A stretch of DNA of 64,000 nt, from the NCBI RefSeq assembly GCF_009914755.1, contig NC_060929.1; one strand, given 5' to 3'. The notes below the pieces were generated by a model. The model made no database searches. It had not been told where the DNA came from and saw only the letters and a program-made list of their open reading frames with translations. This DNA is from the human T2T-CHM13v2.0 reference genome, Homo sapiens. Positions 18,481-32,826 of the stretch are shown piece by piece; the first letter of the stretch is position 1; each line of letters starts with the position of its first letter. The translations under genes were made by a program, and so were the position numbers.

Positions 18481-19668
18481 TAGCAGCTGATTTCTGATCT
18501 CAGGGCTCAGAATGGATATGAGTATTTTTAAGTTTGGAAATGCAAGCTTTAAAAATAACAGATTTGTAACTGATTTTAAGCAACTGTCCTTGCTCAAGTT
18601 TGCAGTAATTGATGTAGCGTGCCATGATTGTTACACTTGATTTTGTGGAATGTTTTCTACTTACTTGATTTGGATCAGATACTTTATTAACTAGAAATGA
18701 TGAAAATGTTAATTTGGTGCTTTGCCAATAACTACTTGTAAGTTTGGAATTGAAAAAAAAATTAGTGTAAATTATGAAATTACTTCAGTTTCATCTATAT
18801 AGTTCGTATTACCAGTAATCTTTTAAAAATGGCTTGCCAGTATTCTGGCATTTTTAATTACAGTGTGATAGGGATTTTATTCGGGGCAGAAAATAGTGTA
18901 GCTGAATATACATCTGAGGATGTGGCAGTGTTATGCTGTTTTCTGTGCTTAAAATTTTGAAGAATAGGAATGCAGGAGGAAGTCAGAGGCTTATATATGG
19001 CTCTTTAGTTACCCATGTTTTTCTAGGTATTGACTTAATCTGCCTCAATTTTCATTTTTATTATCACATTGAGTTGCAGGTTCTAAACTGTCAGGGCTTT
19101 CAGAGCTGAAATAGGCTTTTGAAGTATCCCACTGATGCCTGTATGGGCCTAGTACATAACTCTCCTGTGTACGTTCATATTCTTGTGTGATAAAGGAGAG
19201 TGGATGCTTACCACTCACAGACTCTTTAATTTTTTTACTTTAACTTTTTTCATTTCAGTAAGTGGTTGTTGAGCATCACCCTTATGCCACACACAGAGTA
19301 GTTGAGAAAATGGCATCTTCATTTGTCTCCCAAAATCTCACCATGATTTGGTATGTGGGTTTTACCTGCACTCTAAGAGTTCCCTACTGCCCTTATACTA
19401 CCTCAGGGCCTATGGTGGCCCAGAGGGATTGAAAGGATGGGTATGGAATTTTGTTTGTTGGCTGTTCCTAGTATTTTAACCCATTTGTAGACATTAGAAT
19501 ATCATGTTATTGATAGTATCATAGATAAAATCCCAAATGTCCCTTATCATGGAAATAAGTTGTAACAACACTTGGCATTTCATCTGTTCTTTTTTTTTTT
19601 TTTTTTTTTTTTTTGGTGAATATTTATTAAAAACCTAGACAAATAATGTTTACATTTTCCTTTCATAG

Positions 19669-19725
19669 CTGTGGATGGAAAAGCACCACTTGCTACTGGA
19701 GAGGATGATGATGATGAAGTTCCAG
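19669..19725 (+). CDS. BTF3: BTF3 exon 5
   Basis: catag|(S)VDGKAPLATGEDDDDEVP-G|gtagga. Confidence 0.95.
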
Positions 19726-20513
19726 GTAGGAACGTTTACTTGTGGTTAACCTAGAGAATCTTAGCAAGGGAGAATAAGAAATCTTTGTAGGAAAAACTAC
19801 CCAGGGAAGAGGGGTGGTAAGTTAAGATGGACATAGATCTTACTTAGAATGAGAAAAATAATGCAGTATTAGGTAATTGAGAATTATGTTTATAGACTTG
19901 ACTTGGCTTGTTTCTGTTTGGGATCCCAAGGATGTGTAGGTATCTAACCTTAAATATTGAATAAATAAGTATATATATATAGTACCCTAAATATAACTAT
20001 TACCTGCAGAGCACTAATGACCCTTGCTCCCTACTTTGAAACTCATGAATTTACAAGAAGGTGTGGAGTTGTTCAGGTATCTTGGGATATATATATGCAT
20101 TCTAAAATCTGTAGCAGCATAACTCCTTTGGGAATCATGAGACATTTTTGTCTCTTACCTGTTATTGGATAAATTTACGTTCTTCTAAAATATTTATTGG
20201 GCAGGAGAATCACTGGACTCATAAATATTCCCACTTTGCATAGACAGGTATCCTTAGGAATCCAGGAAAATTTTAACATTGTGTGTCATTGTATTCTTTG
20301 GTTCTGCTCCCCCACTATTGACCAATGTATGAGATGGGAAGAGGGGGGCATTTTTTTCACTTTTTTTTTTTTTTGCATTCTTGTTCTTGGGGCTATGACA
20401 CAGTATTTATCATCATTGGCAAATGAATGTCTTTCCTTCATCCCCTTTTAATATCTGATAATTATTTGTAGATTTGGCTTTTTTAAGAATTTCTACTCTT
20501 TTCCTTTTCCTAG

Positions 20514-20560
20514 ATCTTGTGGAGAATTTTGATGAGGCTTCCAAGAATGAGGCAAACTGA
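20514..20560 (+). CDS. BTF3: BTF3 exon 6 coding part
   Basis: cctag|(D)LVENFDEASKNEAN*; exon sum 132+69+114+202+57+47=621 nt = 206 aa + stop. Confidence 0.95.
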
Positions 20561-20796
20561 ATTGAGTCAACTTCTGAAGATAAAACCTGAAGAAGTTACT
20601 GGGAGCTGCTATTTTATATTATGACTGCTTTTTAAGAAATTTTTGTTTATGGATCTGATAAAATCTAGATCTCTAATATTTTTAAGCCCAAGCCCCTTGG
20701 ACACTGCAGCTCTTTTCAGTTTTTGCTTATACACAATTCATTCTTTGCAGCTAATTAAGCCGAAGAAGCCTGGGAATCAAGTTTGAAACAAAGATT

Positions 20797-20802
20797 AATA
20801 AA
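20797..20802 (+). terminator. BTF3: BTF3 polyadenylation signal AATAAA
   Basis: AATAAA about 240 nt after the stop, followed by a T-rich downstream element (20822-20840). Confidence 0.85.
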
Positions 20803-23076
20803 GTTCTTTGCCTAGTATACAGTTTTATTTTTTTATTTCATTGACACCGATCTGTACACAGTAAAAAAAATTGCTTATAGAAAGCTAATCATGGCATGTA
20901 ATATGGCTGATAACCTTTGGAATTTGATTAAAGATTTAAAATCACGGTGTAGTGTAACAAAGGTGGTATAAAGTTCTCAGGTTTGAAAACTTTGCTCTCC
21001 AACAGTCCTTAGTGCTTCCATGATTTATATGGTGGGTGTAAATATGAGAATAGAGTATTCCTTAGTGGATAAACAGACATTTCTCCCTGATATTCTCTAT
21101 TGTAAGCATATGTTAAGTGCCTTTTATGAATTACCTCGGTGTTATCTCCTTTATTCCTCAATTTGTGAAGAACTAATAGCTCCATTTTGTAGATGTAACC
21201 TGAGGTTTAGAACTTCTAAAAAGTAAAAGTAATCTCCAGATCCCTTCTTTGTAGGATATTTTATAAGGTGACTTGGAAAAGGTAGTGTTTAGAATAGGAG
21301 TGGCTCCTGGGTCATTGTCTTTTCCTTAAGTGTCAACACTAATAAATGAATAGGGTTATGTTTTTATTTAATAAAAAATATACAGTAAAATTGAGCATAT
21401 ACAGTTAAAAGAATTTATAATGTCTGCCACTATAATCAGGTTACCAGACAGTTTCATGGTCCCAGAAAATCCCTAAACATAGGGTTACTTTTAAACATTT
21501 TTACAAATTACAATGAAAACAATTGTGTAATCTGAACCAAGGCCATTTGAGGAGAAAATAGTTTCTACTTGTAATGGTAATTTATTTTAAATTTTCATAG
21601 CAATTTGCAAGTACCTTTTGAAAGTATTATACAGTTGTATCTAAAAGTCACTATTAACCGTAGGGAAAACAAAGTTTTGAGTAAACAGTATTTGCAAATA
21701 TTTACATTGTATTTTCCTCAGGATGTTTATCAGTTTTGTTGAAGTACACTGCTACAGTGACAAGACTCCTGAAGTCTCAACTGTAACAAAATTATAAAAA
21801 CTAAGTGCACATTTACAGACTCTTGGTCAGGTTGGGCTGTGCTTATATAGTCACGCTAGATCCCACCCTGATGGCAGCACCTATCTGGGACACTCGGCTT
21901 CCTGGCAGAGAAGATGGTGGGTCATGCGCTGGCTCTTAAAGCTGTTACAAACAAAACCAAAGCAAGTGGAATGGCTAAGCTGCAGGGCAGTGGCATGGGG
22001 ACTGAGGATTTGTGTTTCTGACAAGTTCCCAGGTGATGCTAATGCTACTGGCCTACTGGCCCTACTTTGAGTAGCATGATTGGAAACATTCTCAGCCCAA
22101 GAAGTATTGGGGGTGACTGACTGACTGACAAGCTTGTGGAGAATGCCACTGTCTGAATATCTGTCCAGTTTGATCTAGGCCTAGCGGAAAGGGACTAAAC
22201 AGAAGTGCAGTCGATTTCCAGGTGAGGCCTATCCCAGCATATCTTGCTTATTGGACAGATGTTGTCTAAGGTTAAGCCTGTTGTGCCTGCACTCAGCAAC
22301 TTCTTTCCAACAATCTAAAATTATTTCTTCAGCTTATTGTGTAAATAAGGGTTTGTGTTCGTGGCTATGGATTAATATGGCAAGTTTTTCTTGTAGTCTC
22401 TTCAATATCAAAATAGGAAGGGTTATGTTACAGTTAGAAAGGACCAAAAGTCTAGTTGCTACAAAGGTTTGTCACATTTGAAGTTTGTGGTTTGCCCATG
22501 GCTGGGCTCCGCTGTACTCCAGAAACATCTAACTGGAACATTGCCAGTCTCATGATAGGGAAAATATGGAGAACAATCAGCTGGCTCTTTCAAAGTGATG
22601 CTGGGAAGTGATGCATATCATTAATAAACTTCCTCAGCCAAAGCAAGTCACATACAGAGTAGTGGCTGTGGGACTGGGGAAGTATAATCCTCCAGGGTAG
22701 CAGATATTTTTGGACAATAATACAATCTACCATATCTTTCTAATTTTTCTTTGTCTACAGTCCGTTTAGCTGCTGTTACATATTAAAAGCACTCTACCAC
22801 TTGTTTTGTGTCTTCTTTGCTTATAACCCCAAGAAAGAGCCTTATTGTACAGATAAGAAAATTATCTTTAAGAGGTGAAATTATTTATCTCAGGTCACAC
22901 ACCCCCCAGGTGTTAGGATGAGATTCAAATCCAAGTCTGCTCTTTCAAGTTCACTACCTGCTGGAAAGAATTTTAGGCCCTGGCAGACTAGAGGGGCAGA
23001 CCGGAACAAACTAGTTTTCAGCTGGAAACTGAAATAGACATCTGTTTCGATCTGACAGCTTTTGGGATTAATACCC

Positions 23077-23082
23077 TTTATT
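23077..23082 (-). terminator. Candidate poly(A) signal of the LDLRAD1-like gene
   Basis: First minus-strand AATAAA I find after the stop at 23528. Confidence 0.35.
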
Positions 23083-23291
23083 TGTTAAAATAATTGAGCT
23101 AAAATACGTTTGTTTCATTCCCATAACCCTATGGTGCACAGAACAGAGAGCTACATTCTAAAATTTGGAAACAGATTGAGAAATGAGCTGAAAGTAAGAT
23201 TTTGGTCTGATTTCTACTAATCTTTTTTTCTCCATTAATGCTGGATTCATGTTCTTCAGTAGCTCTTCCCTCCCTCTGCCATCCCAGTAAG

Positions 23292-23451
23292 ATATATATG
23301 TTTGTATATGTGTGTGTGTGTATATATACATATACACATATATATACACATATACATATATATACACATATAATACATATATACACATATATATACATAT
23401 ATACACATATATACATATATATACACATATATAGATATATACATGCACACA
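23292..23451. repeat. (TA/TG/CA)n imperfect dinucleotide microsatellite
   Basis: tatatacacatatacatata... tract. Confidence 0.95.
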
Positions 23452-23527
23452 TACTTTTTTTGAGAGAAGTATTAAGGCAACTAATAACAGTTTTCAGCTT
23501 TTCCAAAACAATGATTAGAAAAGTCTT

Positions 23528-23664
23528 CTATTCACATAAGTTTTCATCGCTCCAATCAGCACAGTCTTGAATGCCATTTTTGCAGCGAGTTCTGGGAATG
23601 CAGGCACAGTCAGCAAAGAAAACAGTATCACATCTCCAGCCTGAACACTTTGGGCACTGTAAAA
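23528..23664 (-). CDS. LDLRAD1-like gene/pseudogene, terminal exon (LDLa repeat 3 + stop)
   Basis: gtctag|(V)LQCPKCSGWRCDTVFFADCACIPRTRCKNGIQDCADWSDENLCE*; resembles recalled LDLRAD1 C-terminus CPPCGPGWWRCPSTFFKYCDCIPRHLCRDHVQHCSDWSDEYAC. Confidence 0.85.
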
Positions 23665-23926
23665 CTAGACAATTTTATTTATTTTAAAAACCATAACTGT
23701 TAAAATGTCAAGGTGGACTGAAAAAGATATTATTGGAAAAGAAATAGCCCCCTGGATCTTAAAAATATTAGTGAAAACTGCCCAGCAGGAAAAATTGCAG
23801 ATGTTTATTAAAGATTCTACATATTTGGGTGAAAGAATTTGTACTTTGAAAAGCCAAGACAAGTACTACCCCTCACCATCAGCCTAAAAATAAACTTACT
23901 GACATATTGCATAAATAAGAAAGGGT

Positions 23927-25052
23927 GCTCACACCGCCCGCTGAGCTCTGTGATGTAGCCGCTTGCGGAGACTGCAAGCAGCCACGGCGCGCCCTCTTCC
24001 GTGGGAATGGAAACATCTGCCACACGTGCCGGAAGCCAAGTGGTGGCGACAACTGCGCGCCACTCCGCGGCCTACCGCGCAGATCCTCTACGTGTGTCCT
24101 CGCGAGACAAGCTCACCGAAATGGCCGCGTCCAGTCAAGGAAACATTGAGGGAAATTTTGAGTCACTGGACCTTACGGAATTTGCTAAGAAGCAGCCATG
24201 GTGGCGTAAGCTGTTCGGGCAGGAATCTGGACCTTCAGCAGAAAAGTATAGCATGGCAACCCAGCTGTTCATTGGAGGTGTCACTGGATGGTGCATGGGT
24301 TTCATATTCCAGAAGGTTGGAAAGTTGGCTGCAACAGCTGTGGGAGGTGGATTTTCTCTCCTTCAGCTTGCAAACCATACTGGGTATATCAAAGTTGACT
24401 GGCAACGAGTGGAGAAGGACATGAAGAAAGCCAAAGAGCAGCTGAAGATCCGTAAGAGCAATCAGATACCTACTGAGGTCAGGAGCAAAGCTGAGGAGGT
24501 GGTGTCATTTGTGAAGAAGAATGTTCTAGTGACTGGGGGATTTTTCGGAGGCTTTCTGCTTGGCATGGCATCCTAAGGAAGATGACCTCATGTTCATTGT
24601 TCCTGGTTTTTTCCAGCCAGCAGCCTCTACACTCCATCGTAGGACATCGAGTCCCTCCTCTCCTTCTCCCATGCCTTCCTGCCTGCCATGGCAAATCTGA
24701 GTGGCTTCTATAAGCTTCTGCTGGTACAAATTAATGTGGCACCATGAGCTTGATGGTGGCAGAAGAGACAATAGTCCTTAGCTCTCCTCCCAGTACACCC
24801 CCTACTTGGTCAGTCTGTAGGTCAACAAGAAGGTCAGTCTGTAGGTCAACAAGAAGGTTCCTTTACCCCCATGCAAGACACTTATGAGAACACATTGCAA
24901 GATGGCTGACCGTGGAGGATGAGTGGATCCTGAAAGGTTGTCCCAAACTGTTGATTTGGAAAAGAAATAAGCACATAGATAACCTTATTGTGTGCTGCAT
25001 GGAAAGGAACTGAATACATTTGCCTTTAAGCATGAAAAAAAAAAAAGAAAGA
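23927..25052 (+). pseudogene. FUNDC2P1: FUNDC2 processed retrocopy with intact 189-codon ORF (24007-24576)
   Basis: Intronless [11 protein letters not shown]...[11 protein letters not shown]; 5'UTR, 3'UTR, poly(A) tail from 25035; TSD AAGAAAGGGT at 23917-23926 and 25053-25062. The P1 label is from my recall of the locus. Confidence 0.9.
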
Positions 25053-25771
25053 AAGAAAGGGTCCCTTTGAGTTTGTATGTTCAATCAGCAGGGAAAAGAA
25101 TCACTGCTAATTGGCAGCTAGCAAGAAGAAAAGGATCTCCTTATACTTTTAGTCTTTATTTGTCAGAGCATTGTTATCTGTAATTCCTAGCATTTCTATT
25201 TCTACCCTCCACGATGACCAGACAAAGGGCAGGAAATTATCTATTTAGCGTATTTCTGATAGGGCTTTCAGATACTACTAACTGGGGCCACGAGGTATTG
25301 GAATTGCACCTCTGCCATGTTTTCATGAAATTGTGGGGTGATCAGGTGTCTGCCAAGTATTAAACTACCGTAAGGAACAGAATGAGGGGAGGAGAGAAGG
25401 AGGAAAGTGAGGGAGGAAAAGCAAGGAAATGGCAAAGGTTAAACAAAAAAATTTTTGAGAGCCAAAGCACTCAACAGATTTTTGTTTGATCTTCACCAAC
25501 CTTTGTAAAGAAATATAGAAGGAATCTGATAGCAGACAAGAGCTGTCCGTCAAGATTATTTCCTTTGGTAATTCTTACAGAACTGGCTGTATTCTTAGCT
25601 AGAGAATTCATCTAGTTTAAACATGCACAAACTACTGGAAATGACAGAATCTTAAAATCATGGATGTATCCTTAAGGAAGGCTTGTAAGGATGAGTTAAT
25701 TTATGTAATTGAAGTATAAGGGTAGCCACTCCAAGAAGCCATTAAAAAATTAATGACATTTTCATTTTTAC

Positions 25772-25894
25772 CTGATTTATCTGAGCAATCACCACAGTCA
25801 TTTCTTGTGTCACACACCTTGTCCATATATGTCCAAGTCTTCTGGTTGGGACACTTGAATATCAAGTTTTGTGGGAGACTGTTGGGCATTTGAC
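25772..25894 (-). CDS. LDLRAD1-like gene/pseudogene, atypical LDLa repeat 2 exon (123 nt, phase 1-1)
   Basis: atatag|(S)QMPNSLPQNLIFKCPNQKTWTYMDKVCDTRNDCGDCSDKS-G|gtaaaa; resembles recalled LDLRAD1 DVPQSLPHFLVAHCGDPASWIYSDQKCDGTNNCGDCSDE. Confidence 0.85.
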
Positions 25895-26022
25895 CTATAT
25901 TAGACAAAAGCATTAATTCTAATAGAAAGCATTCACGTACAATAATGTTTTCATATAATTCTGAATTTTAGTGATTAGTTGCTGGTGACTGTTTTTAAAT
26001 TTTGGTTACTTGTCTGCCTTAC

Positions 26023-26541
<519 letters not shown>

Positions 26542-27420
26542 TAATAACAACATGCCCCTCTTCCCTCTTCTGCTTCTTACCATCGTTCTTTTTTTGACTG
26601 AAGCTTTAGCTGTAACCATTGTTCTTTTGCCCATTATTTCTCCTCCCTCTTTTCTTTCTTATTCTCCCTCATTCTTTTTTGTAATACTACTGTATGTGGG
26701 CAAACAAGCATACACTCACCACTGCTGGAGAAGTACTGGAAGGTGCCTGGGAGAGGGTCCATAGGCATAGGCTCTGGCTTGAGCTTTACCATGGGCTGGT
26801 TATATAGCCCCCTCCATTATTTTCTTAGCTAGAAATGAGAGCAAGGGTAACTCTCTATGCTGACTTCATGGGGATACTATGAGTTAAACTGATATTATTG
26901 TTTAAATGTAATTAGTCTACCCATTCAAAAAATGAATGGGAGGTAGTCAAAATAATGTGAAAGGTATTTTTAAAAATTTCAAGTGCTATAAAAATTAGAT
27001 GGTGGAAGTTAAGATGTAAAGAGCTCATTGGTAACATTTGTATCTCAGACATATTTACACCTAAATAACGTATACCCAGAAAATTCCAGATTGGTGTGTA
27101 GAGTGATAAACAGGCTGGAAATACTTTAGGTACCTGATTTAGAAGTGGTGAGGGCTTGGTAAATTTTACATCTTAAATATTTTATAGTTGGGACTGTTGA
27201 CAATTAAGAGGCAGATAACACTAGTTTATATCCCTTAATCTAAGAGGTGCTTGGCATTGTGGTTTTAGGGACAAGAACTGTTACGATCTGATAATCTGAA
27301 AGAACTTGTGTCATTTTTCATCCTCTGAGAAATTAACACCAAACTAGATTAGATGTGAATCTAACTTGGAGGATTATAGTTTGGGGAGGAAGCAAAAGTA
27401 GGCAAGGGAACCTATCCTGA

Positions 27421-27831
<411 letters not shown>

Positions 27832-29435
27832 TGAGGCAAAGTCACCCATTAGCAGGGTCCCATGTCTTGAGGGATGGGTAGCACTAGCAACCCCACAGTG
27901 CTCAGTAATTGCCTGGGGACCACGTGGGGAAGAGTAGCCTTGGCATGAATGTGGTGGTGGGTCCAGACAGGTGGTGGCTGGGGCTGTCAGTTAAAGGAGC
28001 TCCCTGATGCAGACGCTCTTGAAGGAGACCTGAGCAGAGCACTATTATTGGCACATAATATGTGCTCAATAAATGCTTTTCTGAATGAGTGTTCAAAAGG
28101 TAAAATGAGAATCCAGATCTTACCCTTATGTCCCATTGTGTAGAATCCTACTAACTCCCAAAGCTGACTAGGATCGTGAGTCCAAAACTGTTCTCATCAG
28201 GAGACCAACACCCTAAGCCTTAGGTTTTTGTTTGTTTGTTTGTTTTCATGGCAATTTGATGAGTCAGTTTCCCATATTTCAAATCTATCACTTTCTCTAT
28301 GCCCCATTTCCTTCACTGAAGCCACACAAATACTGCTTGCTTTTATCATCTCAAAAGCCTTCCATGGCTCCACTTCTGGCAGCATCAAGGTTCAGTTCTT
28401 TAATCAACATGCATTACTGAAGGCATTTGTCCAATAAGCATGTAGCAGGGCTGGGATTAGAAGGATATTGCTTGTCTTCAAGATGCATTCCAGAACAGAT
28501 AATTACTGCACTGTGTGTCCAGGAGCTGGGTTAAGCTTTACACAGGGTTTGTGGAAGCACAGAGGTGGCACACCTCACTCAGTCTGGGGACACCTGAGAT
28601 TAGTCTTAAACCCTCTATGAGCCAGCCAAACAAGCAATGGAAGAAGGACATCATGGCAGAGCGGAGAGCATCTGCCAGAGTGTGGCAAGAGGAAGCGTGG
28701 TGTCAATGTGTGGATGCGTGTGTGTAATGCAATTCAGTGCTACTGGACCATAATCCTTCCTTATTTTTCACTCACCCCCACCCCTTAACTACTCAGTGTT
28801 ATTTTTCACCTCTCTCCCTCACATACTTCAAGTTTGGTGCAAGGCAAAGTCCTAATCCTTTGTGTCCTACCAGAGGGTACACAGTTTCCATCTCTGGCAA
28901 ACCTCTTCCCAAACCTCAATCTAAATCTGAACCCCCTACAAGGTTTGGCTCCAGTTCTCACTTTTATGACCGTGTCCCTTCAGCACCAGTTCTAGCTGAT
29001 TTCTCTCAAATTACTGGAAATATGTATCATCTCACTCAACTTAATTCCTGGTCGTATGCTGTTCTGTATTGCCCACGACTGTTTCACCAGTCTCCTAATC
29101 ACAGTGGAAACTCCTGGAAGGTGGAAACTGTATCCTGACTTCAGAGTCAGGCTGACCTGGATCAGAAACCTGGCTTATTAATGTATTTGCGATATGATCT
29201 GGGGCAAGTTGCCTCCCCCCACCGACTCTCAGTCATAATGGTGATAGCACCCTGCAGGTTTGTTAAGAATAAAATAAAGATGAGAAGTATAAAATGAACA
29301 GAGCAGTGGCTGGCACCTACCACATGCCGAACATTATCAGTAGACTCACCCATTTTGGAAATATATGGAGTATAAATATACTCTTGTTGGTTGAGTGAAT
29401 TATTGACAGATTGGCCACCCAGAGGTGACACATAC

Positions 29436-29558
29436 TTTCAGGTTTTACAGGTATTCCAAAGGTGATCCCAAGACCAGTCACAGCGGTGATCACACCCAGT
29501 ACAAGGACTGCCATGTAGGAAATCAGAAGACATTGCCTGGTGGGAAGCCAGCTGTGAT
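29436..29558 (-). CDS. LDLRAD1-like gene/pseudogene, transmembrane exon (123 nt, phase 1-1)
   Basis: Pyrimidine tract ...gtgacag|(D)HSWLPTRQCLLISYMAVLVLGVITAVTGLGITFGIPVKPE-A|gtatgt; hydrophobic stretch preceded by R-x-C and followed by G-I-P, as in the recalled LDLRAD1 signal-anchor exon. Confidence 0.75.
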
Positions 29559-30059
29559 CTGTCACCGCAAAACACACAAGCACAAAAGAGAGTCTCTATC
29601 ACAGGACAGAGGCTCACAGTGGGGATACAGTGTTACCTAACCAGGTGTTGTTCAGGTTTTCTCACTGTGAAAGGCAGAAGCCAAAATTATTAGACCTTGA
29701 GTGTGTGCTTTTAGTGATAATGGTGCTTTTCCTGTCTACAGTTTCTAATTTGATCTTCTGGCAACCAGCCTTATGATGAGTGGGTATTGCTCCCCTCGTA
29801 AAAATGAAGCTTTACAATGAAGAAAGAAGGACCAGTGAGGTGAAGTGACTTCTCAGGTTTATGCTGATATAAACGGAGCCCAGTCTTCTGGTTCCTATCT
29901 GGGTAGGGCTGCTTCTACTATGCTAATGTTTCCTGGGCCCCACCCCAGACTACAGAATCAGACTCTCTAGGGGTTGCACCAGGAATCTGCACATCTTCTG
30001 AATACCTTGAGTCATCCTTAAACACACACAAATTTGAGAACACAGCCCTATACCAAAGA

Positions 30060-30600
<541 letters not shown>

Positions 30601-31022
30601 AAAGACGAAATGCGGACCATGGTTTTGGGATCCAATTAGACATGCCAAAGGACAAACATTTGCCATCTGCTTAGTGGTTTCTGGAGTAAGCAATCATTGA
30701 AGAACAGGAAGCGGAAGCTGCTTCTGTTTTATTTAGAGTGGCTTGGCACCATGAGCAAGAACTTGCCTGACCAGTTTTTTTGGCACACCACGAAGAGAAG
30801 GAGTTCTCAGACCACTTGTTATTTTATTTTATTTTATTTATTTTTTTAAATAGAGACAGGACCTCATTATGTTGCCAGGCTGCTTTTGAGCTCCTGGCCT
30901 CAAGCAATCTTCTCACCTTAGCCTCTCAGTGTTGGAATTATTGGCATGAGCCACTGCACCCAGCCTCATGATTATTTTTGTCAGTTACAGCAGCACTACC
31001 TTTTGCCAACAACGATACCCAC

Positions 31023-31047
31023 CTTTGATATTTCCAAAGTGACCCAT
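31023..31047 (-). CDS. Candidate first coding exon of the LDLRAD1-like gene (MGHFGNIK, phase 1)
   Basis: gccaATGG...AAAG|gtgggt; strong donor whose phase matches the TM exon; no homology support. Confidence 0.3.
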
Positions 31048-31584
31048 TGGCCAGAGTTGCTAAACAGCTCTGAACCTCCCTCAGGGGCTGAGTCTGGAGT
31101 TGCGGGATCTCTTGGGCCCCCACCTAAGGAACTAGCACTCAAACCCCCTTTTGGGTAAACAGTATTTTTTAACAAAAGGGAGATGGAGTGGTGTCTTTTC
31201 ATAAGAGCCACTTCTAGACTCTAATCTTTTGTTCCTTTGGAACTATGTCAAATATACAAATAAATGCTTTTAGCTCTACCATTGGATAGTGCTTCAGAAT
31301 TAGCAGCCCTGTCACATAGCTATGAATATTCACATTCTTGGTGAAGAAACTTAGGCTTGAAGAATCTTAAGTGTCACAGCCTGTCAGTGGTAGAAACAGG
31401 GACAAGAAGGCAATCAGACACTCCAAGTCTATTCGCCACACCAAAAATCCCTGCTGAAGATTCTCACTCTGCCAGACCACAAGGACCCTGCAAGCAAGGC
31501 CTTGCTCCTTGAACCAGATCTGGGTTCAATGTTAATTTATTCTTCCCACAGTAGCTACAGCCTTTAAAATGTTCTTACTCTCTC

Positions 31585-32826
<1,242 letters not shown>

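Noticed and set aside
18696-18920. C-box-like ATGATGA in BTF3 intron 4 (TCT genes often host snoRNAs)
   Set aside because: The first downstream CTGA is about 200 nt away and I see no terminal stem.
23129-23570. Y/I/C/V-rich ORFs
   Set aside because: Translations of the TA/CA microsatellite.
27300-27350. Minus-strand EDE motif as another LDLa exon
   Set aside because: Immediate stop, no cysteines, and the real repeat-1 exon is at 26023-26166.
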